From Octopus vulgaris (Eukaryota): a stretch of DNA of 64,000 bases. This document shows, piece by piece, positions 26,426 through 39,937 of the stretch. Where the stretch lies: the NCBI GenBank assembly GCA_951406725.2, contig OX597833.1, positions 46,624,001 through 46,688,000 of the forward strand, in the 5' to 3' direction. Numbering within the stretch: the stretch's first letter is position 1; each line of letters starts with the position of its first letter. A program made the position numbers and the translations under genes. The notes below the pieces were generated by a model. That model did not search any database and was not told the DNA's origin. It saw only the letters and a list, made by a program, of their open reading frames with translations.

Positions 26426-27228
26426 CTTATGAAAGAGTTTAAAAAAAGGAAAAGAAGAGGTAAGGGATATGATATTAGAATGAAATGGTACAAAACACCA
26501 ACTACATTATCAAAGATCAATTTAATAACATATAAGGTATACAGGTATAGGTATGACTGTGTGAATAAGAAGTTTGTTTCCCAACCATAAGGTCTTGGGT
26601 TCAATCCCACTTATGCAGCACTTTGGACAACTGTCTTCTACTATAGCTGTTGTATACACATACATACACATATAAACATATATTATCTAATGTTCATCAT
26701 GCCAGGTGAAATATTTAATGGTATTTCATCTGTCACTACATTTCGAGTTCAAATTCTGCCAAGGTCAACTTTGCCTTTCATCCTTTCAGGGTTGATTAAA
26801 TAAGTATCAGTTACGCATTGGGGTTAATGTAATCGATTTAATCCCTTCCCTCAAATTTCAGACCTTGTGCCTAGAGTAGAAAGAATTATTCAATGTCCAA
26901 AAAGCGGCAAGCTGGCAGAATTGTTAGCACGTTGGATGATATGCTTAGCGGTATAAGAGGAAAGAGCTGGAGCAAGCAGGTTTCTTGCTGCAGAGGAGCT
27001 ACATGACTACTCTTTTACTCTTTCACTCTTTTACTTGTTTCAGTCATTTGACTGTGGCCATGCTGGAGCACTGCCTTTAGTCAAACAAATCGACCTCAGG
27101 ACTTATTCTTTGTAAGCCTAGTACTTATTCTATCGGTCTCTTTTGCTGAACTGCTAAGTTTTGGGGCCATAAACACACCAGCACCAGTTGTCAAGCGATG
27201 TTGGGGGGACAAACACAGACACACAAAC

Positions 27229-27272
<44 letters not shown>

Positions 27273-27941
27273 GACAGGCTTCTTTCAATTTCCGTCTACC
27301 AAATTCACTCACACGGCTTTGGTCAGCCCAAGGCTATAGTAGAGCCCAAGGTGCCATGCAGCGGGACTGAACCCAGAACCATGTGGTTCGTAAACAAGGT
27401 ACTTACCACACAACCACTCTGACACCTATTACCACACAACCACTCCTACTCACATTTTAGAAGAGAGAGGCATGGTAAAGGAGCTGAGGGTGTGTTTAGT
27501 GAGTGCCCTTGTTTTGACATCACATGGGGGTTATAAATGAGCATCACCATCATACAAACAATATTCTTTTCTACTCTAGGCTCAAAGGCCCAAAATTTTG
27601 GGGGAGTGGAGCAGTCAATTAGATTGACCCCAATATGCAACTGGTACTTAATTTATCGACCCTGAGAGGACAAAAGGCAAAGTCAACCTCGGTAGAATTT
27701 GAACTCAGAACAATAAAGACAGATGAAATACCGCTAAGCATTTTACCCATTATTCTAATGTTTCTGCCAGCTCACTGCCTTTCATACAAACAATATCGTT
27801 TGTTTCCATGTCTGGCCATGGGGAAATAGTACTTTGCTTAGAAACAGATGAAGGTTGGCAACAGGAAGAGCATCCAGCTGTAGGAAATCTATCTCAACAA
27901 ATTCCGTCTAATCCATGCAAGGATGGAAAAGTGGATGTTAA

Positions 27942-28162
27942 CCCTTTCGTTACTGTATTTATTTTGAGATGCTCTGTGTGTCTTTCAATTAATTTTAAAT
28001 ATAACAAAGAATTTAGTAAAACAACTTAGTTATCATTCAGCTAGTGTTAGGAACATAAATTGTGACTAAGGTTTGGTGAAAGATTTTAATTAAAAACTTA
28101 TGAAAACAGGACGTTTGTACTCAGAGCCAGAGCCGGTTTCAGCTGGATTGGTAACGAAAGGG
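27942..28162. mobile_element. piggyBac-like MITE
   Basis: TIR CCCTTTCGTTAC / GTAACGAAAGGG, flanked by TTAA and TTAG. Confidence 0.75.
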
Positions 28163-28672
28163 TTAGAGGAGGAGGAGGAATCAGCGACCACGATGACGAA
28201 AACTACTAAATTCTCATTAAATTTTAATTTACTTCATGAAGTGTCAAAATATTTTCATGGCATAACTGCAACCTGGTCACTGATTCCTCAGGAAATAAAA
28301 TTAAGTGGCTCTTCTATGACTGCAACCACTAAGTTATGGGGATGGAAACAAACCAACAATGGTTGTCATGTTTGGTGGTGGTGGTGGACAAATACATATT
28401 TATATACAGCAGGCTTTCACACAGTTCCTGACTAACCAATTCACTCGCAAGGCTTTGGTTGAACTTGTTGCTATAGTGCCCAAGGCACTATGAAGTGGAA
28501 TTGAACTCAGAACCACATGGTTGCAAAGCAAGCTTCTTAACTACTTCTTAACAACACAATAGGAGTGGAATATTTTGACGTGGTTGGTTTTCTTACAGAG
28601 GAACACAAAGGAGGAGGAGAAGTACAACAACAATAACAACAACAAGAAATACATTCAAAAATTTAAGTTTAC

Positions 28673-28748
28673 CAAATGGAGTATCATTTTTCTTGGTTTT
28701 TGAATCTATATCAGCGCCGTATTCTACCAAAAGATCCAGCATCAATGA
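28673..28748 (-). CDS. PPP1R16A: PPP1R16-like exon (76 bp, ankyrin repeat)
   Basis: tag acceptor, gtaaac donor; SLMLDLLVEYGADIDSKTKKNDTPF(D). Confidence 0.9.
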
Positions 28749-28864
28749 CTAAAGAAAAGAGATAAGACAGAGAAACATTCAATAACAATGATGAGTTTTA
28801 CACATATAGAAGCTAACATAATAAAATAAATAACTTGTAATTAATAATTTTATACAAATAGATA

Positions 28865-29285
28865 TAGGCGCAGGAGTGGCTGTGTGGTAAGTAGCTTGTT
28901 TACCAACCACATGTTTTCGGGTTCAGTCCCACTGCGTGGCATCTTGGGCAAGTGTCTTCTACTATAAGCCTTGGGCCGACCAAAGCCTTGTGAGTGGATT
29001 TGGTAGACGGAAACTGAAAGAAGCCCGTCGTATATATGTATATATATATATATATATATATGCGTGTGTGTGTTTGTGTGTCTGTGTTTGTCCCCCTAGT
29101 ACTGCTTGACAACCGATGCTGGTGTGTTTATGTCCCCATTACTTAGCGGTTCGGCAAAAAGAGACCGATAGAATAAGTACTGGGCTTACAAAAGAATAAG
29201 TCCCGGGGTCGAGTTGCTCAATTAAAGGCGGTGCTCCAGCATGGCCACAGTCAAATGACTGAAACAAGTAAAAGAGTAAAGAGTA
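28865..29285 (+). mobile_element. SINE family A, full length
   Basis: Complete head to the aagagt tail. Other copies at about 18595-18958(-), 27030-27430(-), 35107-35510(+), 37370-37795(+), 47670-48085(-), 48745-49150(-), 53013-53900(+), 54187-54590(+), 56580-56940(-), 61125-61540(+). Confidence 0.88.
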
Positions 29286-31157
29286 TGTCTACAAGATGGC
29301 TGTCTATTTGTGACCAAGGAAGACCATCACTGACCATTAAGAACATTGTGCATGCAGGCAAGTTTATGCTATACCTTTGGGACTCCACTAGTGACTAAGG
29401 AGCCCACTCTTGATAGACATATTCACTGAGACCTCTGAGATCCAACAAATGAAGTGAGCTCATGGCCCACAGGACGGCCTGCAGTGCTAACCTTCAATCG
29501 TAGGGTGACCTACTGATCTTGAGACCTATTGAGTCAAGTACGTCAACATCAACATCAAAATAAAAATCAAATGGAAATTGTAGTTATGAGACCCATGCTG
29601 GTGGCACATAAAAAGCACCATCTGAACATGGTTGATGCCAGTGCCGCCTGACTGGCGTCCATGTTGGTGACATGTAAAAAGCACCAACCGATTGTGGCCA
29701 TTTGCCAACCTACCCTGGCACCTGTGCCGGTAGCATGTAAAAAGCACCCACTACAGTCATGGAGTGGTTGGCGTTAAGAAGGGCAGCCAGCTGTAGAAAC
29801 ACTGCCAGATCAGACTGGAGCCTGGCACAGCCTCCTAGCTTCCCAGACCCCGTTTGAACCGTCCAACCCATGCTAGCATGGAAAACAGACACTAAACGAT
29901 AATGATGATGATATCATCATCATCATCATTTAACATCCATTGTCTATGCTGGCATGGGTTGGACAGTTTGACCAGAGCTGGCAAGCTGGGGAGCTGCACC
30001 AGACTCCAGTCTGATTTGGCAAGGTTTCTGTGGCTGGATGCCCTTCCTAATGCCAAACTGCAGACCAGACTTTTCCCAGTTACTACACCAATGGTGCGTT
30101 TTTGAGCAGCTTGCTTAAATTCTGCACACAAAATGCATATTTCTTTTTAAATACTCATTTCTCCCTTTATTTATTTCTTCCATTGGTGGCAATGACAAGC
30201 ATTGCTCTCCCTATTGGCCTCCTATATTACACGATCCTTAAACTGTCATCTTGGTTTCTACTGGGGGCACTTTCCATAAACAAGTTAGCCATATAGCATC
30301 TGCCTAAGAATCTGCAGATCCTTCGTCCAAATAAGGTGTCCGGACCAACACAAATGATTCTGGTACGCCATCAACTCAGTGCTCCGGATGTTGGCTCTCA
30401 TCATGACCAATGTGTCCGGAGTCCACAAGGACCAGCTAACATTCAGAATGTCTTAGACATCTCTGATGCCTGTAAAAGGTTGATGTCTCACATGAGTAAA
30501 GAAGTGATGTCAGTACACACTAACTAGTCATTAAATTAACATATAAGTGGCTGAATATTCCAAAGGCACATGTGCCTTTAGCATAATTCCTAGGATGAAT
30601 AACCCTGACACAATACCTGACAAAGCTGAACCTTTTAATTAGAGGTTCAATCCCTAGAAAGTTTCTTTCAACCCATTTTCACACACAGTCTTGGAGTAAC
30701 CCAAGGCTGTAGTAAAAGACACTTTGTCCAAACTCAGGTTCTTGTGAATATAAAGTGAAGTATTTAAGCACTTACCCATGTTTCATCCATCCATAAAAAA
30801 AGGGTTGAGTTCCTTGAATCATATAAACTCATAGGGCCGGTGTCCCTGCTTTTGCAGTTTATCCACTCCCCCTGGATGAGACGCTAGATCATCACAAGAA
30901 TGCTCATTTCTGCCAGCTGAGAGGACTGAAGCATTATGAAATGAAGTGTTTTGCCCAAGAATACAATGCATTGCCTGATGCAGGAATTGAAACCACAATG
31001 TTCTGATCATGAGTCCAACACCCTTACCACTAAGCCACACATCTCTACCATCCAACCATTCATCAATAAACCCATCCATTCATTCATAAGTGAAACAAAA
31101 ATAAAAAAAATATTAAAAAATGAAACATAAAAATGAATTAGAGGGAAAACCAATTAC

Positions 31158-31283
31158 CTCTTGCCAACAAGCAGCAGCATGTATAGGTTCCCAGGATTCA
31201 TCATCACGGGAATTCACAGGTACCTTGTGGTCGAGTAAATATTTAGCAACCTCTAAGTAGCCATTGGCTGCTGCTATGTGGAG
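31158..31283 (-). CDS. PPP1R16A: PPP1R16-like exon (126 bp, ankyrin repeats)
   Basis: cag acceptor, gtaatt donor; LHIAAANGYLEVAKYLLDHKVPVNSRDDESWEPIHAAACWQE. Confidence 0.93.
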
Positions 31284-31487
31284 CTGAAAGAAAATCAAAT
31301 TCAAATGTAGGTGAGGGGAAATGTTCAATTAACGATGTACAGTGCTTGTTTTTAAATGACTTTTCTCATGAGAAGATAAGCAAAAATACAACCCTTACTA
31401 AAAAAATATATCTTAACCCTTTCATTATGATATTCTTGCTGAAATACATTTACCATTCTTTTGGTTTTATATTACATATAGCTGCCT

Positions 31488-31547
<60 letters not shown>

Positions 31548-31550
<3 letters not shown>

Positions 31551-31831
31551 GCGCGATGGCCTAGTGGGTAGGGCAGTGGACTCGCGGTCGCAGGATCGCG
31601 GTTTCGATTTCCAGACCGGGCGTTGTGTGTGTTTATTGAGTGAAAACACCTAAAAGATCCACGAGGCTCCGGCAAGGGGTGGTGATCCCTGCTGTACTCT
31701 TTCACCACTCTTTCTTCAGTTGGCCTGCTTGCTTAGCCAGCGGGGTGGCGTCATTCGAAGGCTAAAACAATGCGAACGCATTGTGACCAGCGATGTGTAA
31801 CAACATCTGATGGTCTGGTCGGTCACATGAT

Positions 31832-31838
<7 letters not shown>
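31548..31838 (+). mobile_element. CpG-rich (probably young) tRNA-derived SINE family B
   Basis: tggcctagtgg A box and ggtttcgatt B box; copies at 33309-33618(+) and about 58232-58466(-); flanked by (TA)n. Confidence 0.85.
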
Positions 31839-31882
<44 letters not shown>

Positions 31883-32162
31883 TCAGAAATAGGTGAGCTA
31901 TTGATTCTACCCTTCTAGTCACGTCTGTTTATATCCCACCCACTTCACAGATCTTTCCAATTGCTGTCTCAGATTTAGAAATTTTAAAAATATAGTGAAA
32001 AATTTTCAAATTTGGTATAAGAGATGTAATTTTTGAACTGGTCAGAGTTGCAATAGTTCTATGCTAACTACCCCAGGCAACAGTCATCCAAAACAGGTGA
32101 GCAATTGACTCTACCCTTCTAGTCACGTCTATTTATATTCACCCCACCCCACCCCAACTCAC

Positions 32163-32795
32163 AGATCTTTTCAATTGCAGTCACAGATTTGGAAATTTTA
32201 AAAATAAAGTGAAAATTTTTCAGATTTGGTATAAGTGATGTAATTTTTCATGCTAAATCCAAATTTGGGCTTCATTTATTCACAGAAACATTTGGGAAAA
32301 TGTTACAGAGTTTCAAAGCTTCATATTTAGTCCCATCAAAAAACAAGAATCAAAAGCTGTGCGTTTTCTGCATGATAGTTCTCTGTCACTAAATAACAGA
32401 CAAAAAGAACAGGCATAAAATGATACTGCTTGTCAAAACTTGTAGTGGTAGTCGCAATGGTGAAAGTGTCACAGCCAAGCTAAGTACATCATCTACATCA
32501 TTCTTGTAACAATGAAAACAGGACAGGCTACAGCTTTGTTTGTTACTATGGAAACAGATACCAATGTGAGGTTTACAGCCATGTTATATAATAGTAGTTT
32601 TTGTATGACTAAAATTACCCAAAATTTGCGAACTTTAAAAGCTGTTAATTTTTTATTTTATTACTTTGTGGCAAAAATTAATTTCATTTTCATAATTAAA
32701 ATATACAAAACTAAATTGGTATATAACTGAATTTGAAAACAATTGGAGCAAAATTGAAAAAAAGATGAAATCTGTAAGAGCAACTGGAAAGATCC
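32163..32795. mobile_element. old TIR element with (G/A)GATCTTT termini
   Basis: agatcttttcaattgcagtcacagattt versus aaatctgtaagagcaactggaaagatcc; imperfect TSD caactcac/acactcac. The left end plus flank is duplicated at about 31887-32033. Confidence 0.55.
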
Positions 32796-33261
32796 ACACT
32801 CACAAAAAAATCAGGGCTCCAATTCCCTACAAAGGTTCACACATAGTAGAGGTGAAACATGGTTCTGGATCCAGTCCCACTGTTTAGCACCTCGGGCAGG
32901 TGTCTTCTACTATAACTTCAGGCTGACCAAAACCTTGTAAGTGAATTTGGTAGACAGAAAGTCAAAGAAGCCTGTCATATATATATAAATATATATTATT
33001 ATGTGTGTGTGTCTGTGTTTGTCCCCCCTCCCCCCACCATCACTTGACAACTGATGTTCATGTGCTTATGTCCCGTAACTTAGCAGTTCAGCAAAAGTGA
33101 CCGACAGAATAAGTATTAGGTTTACAAAGAATAAGTCCTGAGTTTGATTTCTTCGACTAAAAACCCTTTAAGGTGGTGCTCCAACATGGCCACAGCCAAA
33201 TGACTGAAACATGCAAAAGAATAAAAGAATGTATATGTGTGTGTGTGTGTGTGTGTATATA

Positions 33262-33309
<48 letters not shown>

Positions 33310-33697
33310 GAGGCGCAATGGCCTAGTGGTTAGGGCAGCGGACTCGCGGTCGTATGATTGCGGTTTCGATTCCCAGACCGGACGTTGTGAGTGTTTATTG
33401 AGCGAAAACACCTAAAGCTCCACGAGGCTCCGGCAGGGGATGGTGGCGATCCCTGCTGTACTCTTTCGCCACAACTTTCTCTCACTCTTTCTTCTGTTGG
33501 CCTGCTTGCTTAGCCAGCGGGGTGGCGTCATTTGAAGGCTAAAACAATGCAAAGCACATTGTGACCAGCAATGTGTAACAACATCTGATGGCCTGGTCGG
33601 TCATGGTGATCACGGTGATATATATATACATGATAGATCGGTAGCCACTACACACATTTTTTCTCTTCTTGCTTCTCTCCTTGTTTTTTTCTATGTC

Positions 33698-33735
33698 TCT
33701 TTCTGTAGAAAAGCGTAGGCTCGAAACATAAAAGA
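33698..33735 (+). ncRNA. degenerate second copy of the 216-253 hammerhead-like motif
   Basis: TCTTT-CTGTAGA-A-AAGC-gtag-GCTC-GAAACATA-AAAGA. Confidence 0.4.
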
Positions 33736-33884
33736 CTTTTTCAATTCTTGAGCATTATACTAATACACCTGTTTGTTTTATACACCACGTGACTTCATCT
33801 TTTGTTGTTTTTTTTTCCGTGAACTCTCCCTGTATATATATGTACACACACACACACATTATATATATATATATATATTGTGAA

Positions 33885-34405
33885 GACCTGTTGAGGCAAG
33901 TGAAAATCAAACCAAATCAAAATAGATGAACATCAATGGAATTTGTATCTTTGTGGTACAGTGCTGGTGGCACACAAGAAAACCATCCGAACGTGGTCGT
34001 AGCCAGTACCGCATCGACTGGCCTCCGTGCTGTGGGCACGTAACAAGCACCATCCGATCGTGGCCATTCGCCAGCCTCATCTGGCACTTGTGTCGGTGGC
34101 ACATAAAAACACCATCCGAGCGTGGCCGTCTGCCAGCCTCGTCTGGCACCTGTGTCAGTGGCACATAAAAAACACCATCCGAGCGTGGCCGTTTGCCAGC
34201 CTCGTCTGGCACCTGTGTCGGTGGCACATAAAATCACCCACTACACTCTCGGAGTGGTTGGCGTTAGGAAGGGCATCCAGCTGTAGAAACACTGCCAGAT
34301 CTGACTGGCCTGGTGCAGCCTTCGGGTTCCCCAGACTCCAGTTGAACCGTCCAACCCATGCTAGCATGGAAAGCGGACGTTAAATGAGGATGATGATGAT
34401 GATGA

Positions 34406-34408
<3 letters not shown>
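33885..34408 (+). mobile_element. non-autonomous LINE-tail element family C with internal about 62-bp tandem repeats and (GAT)n tail
   Basis: ttaggaagggcatccagctgtagaaac...ccatgctagcatggaaagcggacgttaa(gat)n. Further copies at about 17280-17595, 25560-25950, 29525-29905, 39118-39460, 45608-46258, 51742-52050, 61630-62048, 63770-63977. Confidence 0.8.
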
Positions 34409-34441
<33 letters not shown>

Positions 34442-36131
34442 ATGAAGGCAGTAATATAAAACAGTGGCCAATGTATTTCAGCAGGAATAAAAGTAAGACC
34501 TACAACTCAGCCACCTAAAAAAAAACTAGGCCGCAGCAATGCAACATCTGCAAAGCCATTATCCAATATGTGAAAGATAACTTTGTTCATCGTGCAAATC
34601 CTGATTTATCCTGACCTCTTAAATGCAGTCCGATTCTTTTAATACCTGTCTTTTATTCTGGAAATGGATTGGAAGGTTTGACAGGATCCAACAAATTGAG
34701 TAAACTGTACCAAACTCCAATGCAGTCTTCTGGTTCATTGGAGCCTGTCAAAATGTCCAACCCATGCCGTCATATATATCACAAAGTTACTCCAAAAAGG
34801 ACTTAAACCCATAATGCAAGGGAATGAAATCTAATACAGTTAGGCATTCTGAATCAACATTCAATGATTTCATCCAAATAGCCAACTTTCTTTAAGACCT
34901 TTAATTATTTCTTTGCTTTGTATTAGCAACTCAATATCTTCCATTTTATGCTTCTTTCATTTGCAGTGGGCTACCATACATTTATCAAGAAGCAAGTCAT
35001 TGACACATCACCTAAATACACACACACACACACAGGTCATGTGGCCTAACAACAGTAATATATGGTAACTCATTACACTTCCTAAAAATGAAATGAAAAT
35101 AATATAAGGCACAGATATGGCTGTGTGGTAAGAAGGTTGCTTGCCAACCACAGGATTCCAGGTTCAGTTCCAGTGGGTGGTACCTTCAGCAAGTTTCTTC
35201 TACTATAGCCTCGGGCCAACCAAAGCCTTGTGAGTGGATTTGGTAGATAGAAACTGAAAGAAGTCCATTGTATATGTACATGTATATATCTATGTGTGTG
35301 TGTGTGTTTGTATCTGTGTTTGCCCCCACCCCATCACTGCTTCAGAACCAGTATTGGTGCGTTTACATCCCCATAACTCAGCATTTTGGCAAGAGACTGA
35401 TAGAATATGTGCTAGAATTAAATAATAAGTCCTGGGATGTTTGACTAAAATCCTTCAAGGCAGTGCTCCAGCATGACCACAGTCAAATCATTGAAACAAG
35501 TAAAAGAATAAAACAATAAGGATCCAAACCCCAAGCCCCAAGCCTTAAGAAACAGAACCAGCTTTGAGGAATAGTTTTGCTTATGTTATGTACCTTTTTG
35601 TCTCGTTTTGCCAAACTGCCAAGTTACAGGGACATACAAACACCAATATTGGCTGTCAAGTGATAGAGGAGTGACAAAAACAGGCAGAAGGGGACACACA
35701 CATGGACACTCTCACACACACACACACACGTGTTTCTTTTCAGTTCCCATCTACCAAATCCACTCACAAGTCTTTGGTCAGCTCAAGGCTGTAGTAGAAC
35801 ATATTGGCCCAAGGTTCCACACAATGGGACTGAACCCAGTGCCATGTGGTTGGGAAGCAAACTTCTTACCACACAGCCAGACCTGTGCATGCACGCATAC
35901 ATACATGCATACATACATACATACATACATACACACAAATACATACATGCATACACACATACATACACACACACACACATACAGCATGGAGTAAAAAAAA
36001 TTCAAAATATTCAGCGGTGGTGCCCCAGCATGGCCGTGGCCTTCAGGCTAAGACATTTTTAAGGATTTAAGGATATTAGAAATAAAATATGCTGGAGTAT
36101 TTCTGTCTTATCATGTTATCTTACCTTATGC

Positions 36132-36349
36132 CAGTGCTTTTCAAACGTTTTGCTGGAGCGGAACCCCAAGGAAACATTCCACTGGCTCGAGGAACCCCTT
36201 GCAATAATTTAATAGTCTTATGCACACATATCTTCACAGGAGAATTAAAAATTACTGCCGATTTTAGCAGTTTTGTAACTTCTTGCGGAACCCCTGGACT
36301 GTACTGGTGGAACCCTAAGGTTCCGCGGAACCCTGGTTGAAAACCACTG
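36132..36349. mobile_element. hAT-type MITE (218 bp)
   Basis: TIRs CAGTGCTTTTCAA / TTGAAAACCACTG; perfect 8-bp TSD CCTTATGC at 36124-36131 and 36350-36357. Confidence 0.92.
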
Positions 36350-36477
36350 CCTTATGCAAATGTTCAATGCAGTTCATATTTTATGAGATCAACGAAACAG
36401 TACCAAACAAAATATAGAATTCAACTCACAGGCAGTGTCCCCACCTAATATGATCACAGTCCAATATAACTGGAGCA

Positions 36478-37135
36478 AAGGCAGCGAGATGGCAGAAACG
36501 TTAGCACGCCAGGCGAAATGCTTAGCAGTATTTCATCTGCCGCTATGTTCTGAGTTCAAATTCCACCAAGGTGGTTTTTGCCTTTCATCCTTTCGGGGTC
36601 GATTAAATAAGTACCAATTATGCACTGGGATCGATATAATCGACTTAATTTGTTTGTCTGTCCTTGTTTGTCCCCTCTGTGTGTAGCCCCTTCTGGGCAA
36701 TAAAGAAATAAGAAGCATTAGCAAGGAGGCGAGCTGGCAGAACCATTAGCAAGCCGGGTGAAATGCTCAGCAGTATTTCATCTGTCGCTATGTTCTGAGT
36801 TCAAATTGCACCAAGGTGGTCTTTGCCTTTCATCCTTTCGGGGTCGATTAAATAAGTACCAGTTATGCACTGAGATCGATATAATCGACTTAATCTGTTT
36901 GTCCCCTCTGTGTGTAGTCCCTTATGGGCAGTAAGGAAATAAGAAACATTAGCATGCCGGGCGAAATGCTTAGCGGTATTTCGTCCCTCTTTACATTCTG
37001 AGTTCAAATTCCATCGAAGTCGGACTTTGCCTTTCATCCTTTGGGGGGGGGGTCGATAAATTAAGTACCAGTTGCATACTGGGGTCAATCTAATCGACTG
37101 GCCAAAAATTTCAGACCTTGTGCCAGGGGTAGGAA
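36478..37135 (+). repeat. three head-to-tail SINE family M units
   Basis: ctgagttcaaatt...ctttcatccttt occurs three times; the array ends about 50 bp from an exon. Confidence 0.85.
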
Positions 37136-37184
37136 AAAATATAACTGGAGCCAATCAAAGAATACAAGAATATATTCTACTTAC

Positions 37185-37312
37185 TGGAGTGACACCATTG
37201 TGATCCCTAATGTCCTGCAGATTCTTGCCTTGTTTCACATGTTCCACCAAATCGTTATACATTTGTCTCTCTTTGGCTTCTCTGGTTTCATCAATTTCTT
37301 CTTGGGTGATTC
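37185..37312 (-). CDS. PPP1R16A: PPP1R16-like exon (128 bp)
   Basis: cag acceptor, gtaagt donor; (G)ITQEEIDETREAKERQMYNDLVEHVKQGKNLQDIRDHNGVTP. Confidence 0.92.
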
Positions 37313-37491
37313 CTGGAATTTAAAATGAGTGGGTAGAAAGAAAAAAAGGATAAACTGAAACAAATGAACTACATGGTTCTGGGTTCAGCCCCACTGCATG
37401 GCACCTTGGGCAAGTGTTTTTCTACTATAGCCTCGGGCCAACCAAAGCCTTCTAAGTGGATTTGGTAGATAGAAACTGAAAGAAGCCCGTC

Positions 37492-37589
<98 letters not shown>

Positions 37590-38329
37590 ATGTTTGTGTG
37601 TCTGTGTTTGTCCCCCCAACATTACTTGACAACCGATATTGGTGTGTTTATGTCCCTGTAAGTTAGCAGTTCGGCAAAAGAAACCAATAGAATAAGTACA
37701 AGGCTTACAAAGAATAAGTCCTAGGATCGATGTGCTTGACTGAAGGTGGTGCTCCAGCATGGCTACAGTCAAATGACTAAAACAAGTAAAAGAGTAACTG
37801 GGAGCTAGAAGAGGCTTGTCATATATATGTATGTGTGTGTAACACCCACACACACAGTAGGCTGCTTTCAGTTACCATTTACAAATCCATTCAAAAGGCC
37901 TTGTTCATCCCAGGGTTTATAGTAAACGGGTGCACAGTGAAACTGAACTCAACATTGCATGGCTGGGAACCAAGCTTTTTAACTACACAGCCATGTCAGT
38001 GCCTACACAACACCTGCACCTCTGTGGTATACGCAACCACTTACATGCTAATTCAATAAATAAGCAGTTTTGTTTGAAGAATTGGATCAGTTATTGACAG
38101 AAGTGACAGAGATCTCATCATCATCATCGTCGTCCTCTTTCCATGCTGGCATGGGTTAGATGGTTTGATATGGAGCTGGCTGTGACATGGTTTCTATGGT
38201 TGGATACCCTTCCTAACACCAATGACTTAACAGAGTGTGTTGGGTGTTTTTTACATGCCACCAGCATGGGTGCATTTACACAGCACCAGCATGAGTGCTC
38301 TTTAAGTGGCACCAGCACCTGAAAGAATC

Positions 38330-39105
38330 AAGTCCGTATATATGGAAGACAGCGATTTTACTTAGCTTGATGTGTCTTCTCAAACACAGCAAATCCCTAC
38401 ATCTCCCAGTGATGCCCAATATCCAAAGATCCTCTCTCAACCATTTTATCCCATGTCTTCTTGGGTTTACGCCTTCCACAAGTACCTTCCACAATTAGAA
38501 CTCCCTACATCTCCCAGTCCCTTGTCATTTCCTCAGCGAGGCCCAGTATCCGAAGATCCTTTCTCAACCACTTCATCCCATGTCTTCTTGGGTTTACACC
38601 TTCCACAGGTATCTTCCACAATTAGAACTCCCTACATCTCCCAGTCCCTTGTCATTTCCTCAGTGACGCCCAGTATCCAAAGATCCTTTCTCAACCACTT
38701 CATCCCATGTCTTCTTGGGTTTTCACCTTCCACAGGTATCTTCCACAATTAGAGCTCAGCACTTCTTTATACAGCTGTCCTCATCCATACACATCACATG
38801 ACCAAACCAGCACAGTCTTCTCTCTTGCACACAACATCTGATGCCTCTTATACCCAGTTTTCCTCTTAAATCATTTACACTCTCTCATGCATGCATGCAC
38901 ACTGACATTACTCTTCCAGCAGAACATGCTAGCTTCCTTTCTTTCAAGCCTTCGCAGGTCTCCTGTCCTGTAGTCAAGACCCACGTTTCACTGTCATGTA
39001 ACATAAGTGCAGTGAAACATGGGCCTTGACTACAGAGGACTTGTGAAGGCTTGGAAGAAAAGAAGGTAGCATGCTCTGCTGGATGGGTAACGTCAGTGTG
39101 CAAAC
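38330..39105 (-). mobile_element. rearranged RTE-like LINE 3' fragment
   Basis: LHDSETW remnant of the YGSETW-type motif; internal tandem duplications and an inverted segment at about 39030-39103. Confidence 0.65.
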
Positions 39106-39905
39106 AACAATAATATCATCATCATCATCATCGTTTAACGTCTGCTTTCTATGCTAGCATGGGTTGGACAATTTGACTTAGGTCTGGTGAACCAGATGGC
39201 TACACCAGACTCCAATCTGATCTGGCAGAGTTTCTACAGCTGGATGCCCTTCCTAGCACCAACCACTCCGAGAATGTAGTGGGTGCTTTTACGTGCCACC
39301 GGCACGAGGGCCTATCAGGTAGTACTGGCAACAGCCACACTCAAATGGTGCTTTTTATGTGCCACCTGCACAGGAGCCAGTCCAGCAGCACTGGCAACGA
39401 CCTCGCTCAAATGTTTTTTCACGTGCCACCAGCACAAGTGCCAGTAAGGCGATGCAGGTAACAATCATTTGATATTATTGTTGTTTAACCCTAGGTCAGC
39501 AATGGTTAATTAAATCTATGATCAAAGGAACTCAGCCTTTTCTCAAGACATTGCAGATGCAGAACAACATTCATTACTGAATGTTGTTATTCCTTCCTTA
39601 AGACAACAGAGCCAGGAATAGTACTGGCTGCTATTTCTCGCATACCAAGCAGTCATATACAGAGGCTCTCTTTTAACCTATTGTTGAAATATGGTCGCTT
39701 GATCTGCTAGAAATAGCAACACAAATGTCCATCAGATACCAAAACTCTTAAATCACATCCTATCATCTTAAAAATCAAAAGACACGTTGGATAATGAAAT
39801 CTTAAATATATGAAGCTTAACCAAAAAAAAAAAAAAATTAAAATAGGAAGGTCACATCTGGAGCCTCATTAATGAAAAGTTTGCTTGATCAACACTAACA
39901 ACAAT

Positions 39906-39937
<32 letters not shown>

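Noticed and set aside
31548-31622. tRNA gene
   Set aside because: It is the A/B-box head of a multi-copy SINE that continues into a shared body; no convincing acceptor stem.
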